From Saccostrea echinata (lineage: Eukaryota): a stretch of DNA of 64,000 bases. Of this stretch, positions 61,722-64,000 are shown piece by piece. Numbering within the stretch: position 1 is the stretch's first letter; each line of letters begins with the position of its first letter. Below the pieces are notes generated by a model that was given only the letters and a program-made list of their open reading frames with translations, did not search any database and was not told the DNA's origin. The stretch is from the NCBI RefSeq assembly GCF_033153115.1, contig NW_026889808.1:496001-560000 (forward strand). The letters are read 5' to 3'. Position numbers and translations under genes: made by a program.

Positions 61722-63326
61722 CAATTGTTAGGCTTTCCTTTTTATACTGATTTTACTGCGGAATTTTCCGTCTACCTTATCAATACATAGGACTCAAAGC
61801 GGATGTGACCGGTAAACAGGGGAAGCTTCTCTTCCTAAGCACCTGATCCGATCGCTTGAATTTCCAGGGGTCCGTGTTTTATGCCCTCTTCACAGATTTG
61901 TATTGTTTATAGACTTTTTGTGATCGATCACACTTTTCATACTCAATTGCATGTCCTTAATACGATCAATCTTTAAACCTAGGCAGGTTATTGACAGATA
62001 AGTTGATGTTAAAAGGACTTAAAAAAACTTCTTTAACGTCAACATTTCGTAAATTCTATGGTCATTACAATGATTTTGTTAGCAAATATAATTTATCATT
62101 CGGTCGTTTTTGGCCCTCGTGTTTCATACCAAATGTTCCAGGTGGGTCTTATTTATTATATCAAAATTGATTACAGAATATTCCGTCTACCTTATCAGTA
62201 CTTAAAGCTTACCTCCGGAGTGATCGGTCAAAAGGGGATGCTTAATCCCTTAGCGGTCCATGTTTTATGTCCTGCTCTGCTATGTTAAGGATGGAAATGG
62301 GAAATGCGATCTTAGTTCCTTCTGAATATGTATTACGTTTTCAAATCTCTGTAACAAGGTAACTGAAGACGAGCAGAAAATGTTATATGGATATCCAGAA
62401 TGAGTACTTTTGTGCCGTTCTTAGTACGAATTTTATCGCATATATCAAAGGTATGTAACGTGACTGGTACAAAAATAGAATTGTTAAGCTGACTGTTGAA
62501 AATGACGCTAGTGCAAGGGCATACTCAAGTTTTCGGACAAAACAAGATCACATTACAAGAAATTTACACCGTAAAATATGCTGAGAACTAGTATGTGCCA
62601 TTTCGGAAGTACTCGCATTTTTTTCCGAAAAAGCTTACAATAGCTAAGAATTCCTACTTCGCTGAGACTCTGTTGTAAATAAAAATAATATTATGCAGAC
62701 CAGAATCAGCTCCCAACATTTTTTTAATATATCATGATATAAGCATTTGATATTCCATATTTCAGCTTAAGTAGTCGAGTCTATGCAGTTGCCTTAGGAA
62801 TACGCTTATTGTGTTAGCAATATTCTTTACATTCTCTGTCGCTGTACAGCTCCAAAGCACCTTAATAAAATGATAATCTGTATAACTGTTTTAATTGAAT
62901 TATTTCATTTTAGTTATATTAATTAGATATAAAATTTGGAGATGGTTTCATATATATTTAAGTATTTTTGTATTATTAAAAAAATGAATCCACTCCTCTG
63001 GATCACATGTACTGCGTCAAATCAAAGCTTGTGACGTTATTTACAGCACAAGATTTGTTTCTAAATACTCGGCAGTATTGTTATCAAATGGCGAGATTTT
63101 GCATGCTTTAATGAATAATTGATAGAATAAACGCATTCAAGTTGTTGTTTACTCAACATTATGTGGTAAGATTGATTTTTGTCACTTGTTAAATGTTTAG
63201 TGAAATCACCATGATACTTACCATTCAGTGCATCACAAATGTGATCTCAGCCTTCCTTAACGTAGCTAAGTGTTCACAAATTTGTATTGCTCTGTATATT
63301 TTTTCTTATCTTTACCTTTTTCATTA

Positions 63327-63620
63327 GTCGCCCGTGTGGCGCAGTGGTTGGGGAGTCTATTTTAGAGTCGCGGAAAAAGGAGCTAATTCTTACGTCGCGG
63401 GTTCGAAACTGTGGAACGTGCAAATCGGTCCTTCGGATGAGACCGTATTAACCGAGGTCCCGTGTTACAGAAGGTGTTGGCACGAAAAAGATCACTTACT
63501 GCTCAATGGCCCTGAGTGCCGAGTAAAGGTCTAAATTTGTAGCCCTCCACCTGCAAGTGGTGGCGTCTCCATATGAGTGAAAAATTTGCAAGAGGGAAGT
63601 TAAACAACAAACAAACAAAA
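63327..63620 (+). mobile_element. tRNA-derived SINE with Meta-like central domain, near full length
   Basis: A box tggcgcagtgg, B box ggttcgaaac, central ccgaggtcccgtgttacagaaggtgttggcacgaaaaagatc, (AAAC)n tail. Confidence 0.75.
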
Positions 63621-63810
63621 TCTTTCTCATTAGTATAAGGATAATGAATAAAATAATATAAACTGTGGGTTAAATGATACAACCATACATTAATGTCTAT
63701 CCTTTTAAGTAATATAGGATAATACATGTATATCTTTATTTTATTGAGTTTTTTATTCTTTGTATTCGTTTTGATACCTTCCATTTTCAAAACTATGTGG
63801 CATGACCTTT

Positions 63811-63844
<34 letters not shown>

Positions 63845-64000
63845 TGATAAATGGAAACTTAAACTTTATACATTCCTACCTTTATTTACAATAATCCCAA
63901 ACGCCCCCACACTTATTCATCATCATCAGTTTATAGTCTGTTGTTTACTTGTGCAAAAAATATATAAACCTCAAGGAGATATTCAATGAAAGTGTTATTG

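Larger units (their letters stand above)
60150..61940 (+). mobile_element. Longest Penelope-like copy (decayed RT), interrupted by a MITE and an assembly gap
   Basis: YLIPEL.K, SGVNQMWILKN, DFSTLYT, QLIRYSRACS, then the 3' UTR at ~61725-61935. Confidence 0.8.

Overview
AT-rich, repeat-dense eukaryotic DNA, most likely a bivalve mollusc (oyster-like). That assignment is inferred from the repeat families and receptor type, not proven. The window holds a same-strand tandem cluster of three diverged Toll-like receptor paralogs with intronless CDSs. Two (14512-18243; 37475-41644) are multi-cysteine-cluster TLRs that each carry TWO tandem cytoplasmic TIR domains plus an acidic tail. The third (54451-56544) is an open 697-aa signal-peptide + LRR ectodomain with no TM or TIR, a candidate secreted decoy or co-receptor. 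Unusual shared traits are a length-invariant 37-aa ectodomain insert with a conserved N-glycosylation sequon and dibasic site, loss of the TIR alphaC Glu in all four TIRs, a BB-loop Pro/Ala difference between paralogs, conserved short tail motifs, and an apparently homologous upstream leader exon starting an 'MDFQ' uORF. Intergenic DNA is a mosaic of decayed Penelope-like (probably Naiad-type) retroelement fragments, a satellite-bearing Helitron/Helentron-like tandem element, several non-autonomous TIR elements (Kolobok-, IS3EU-, hAT- and mariner-like), Meta-type SINEs, microsatellites and two assembly gaps. Most short ORFs in the track are spurious or TE-derived. All alignments were done by eye.
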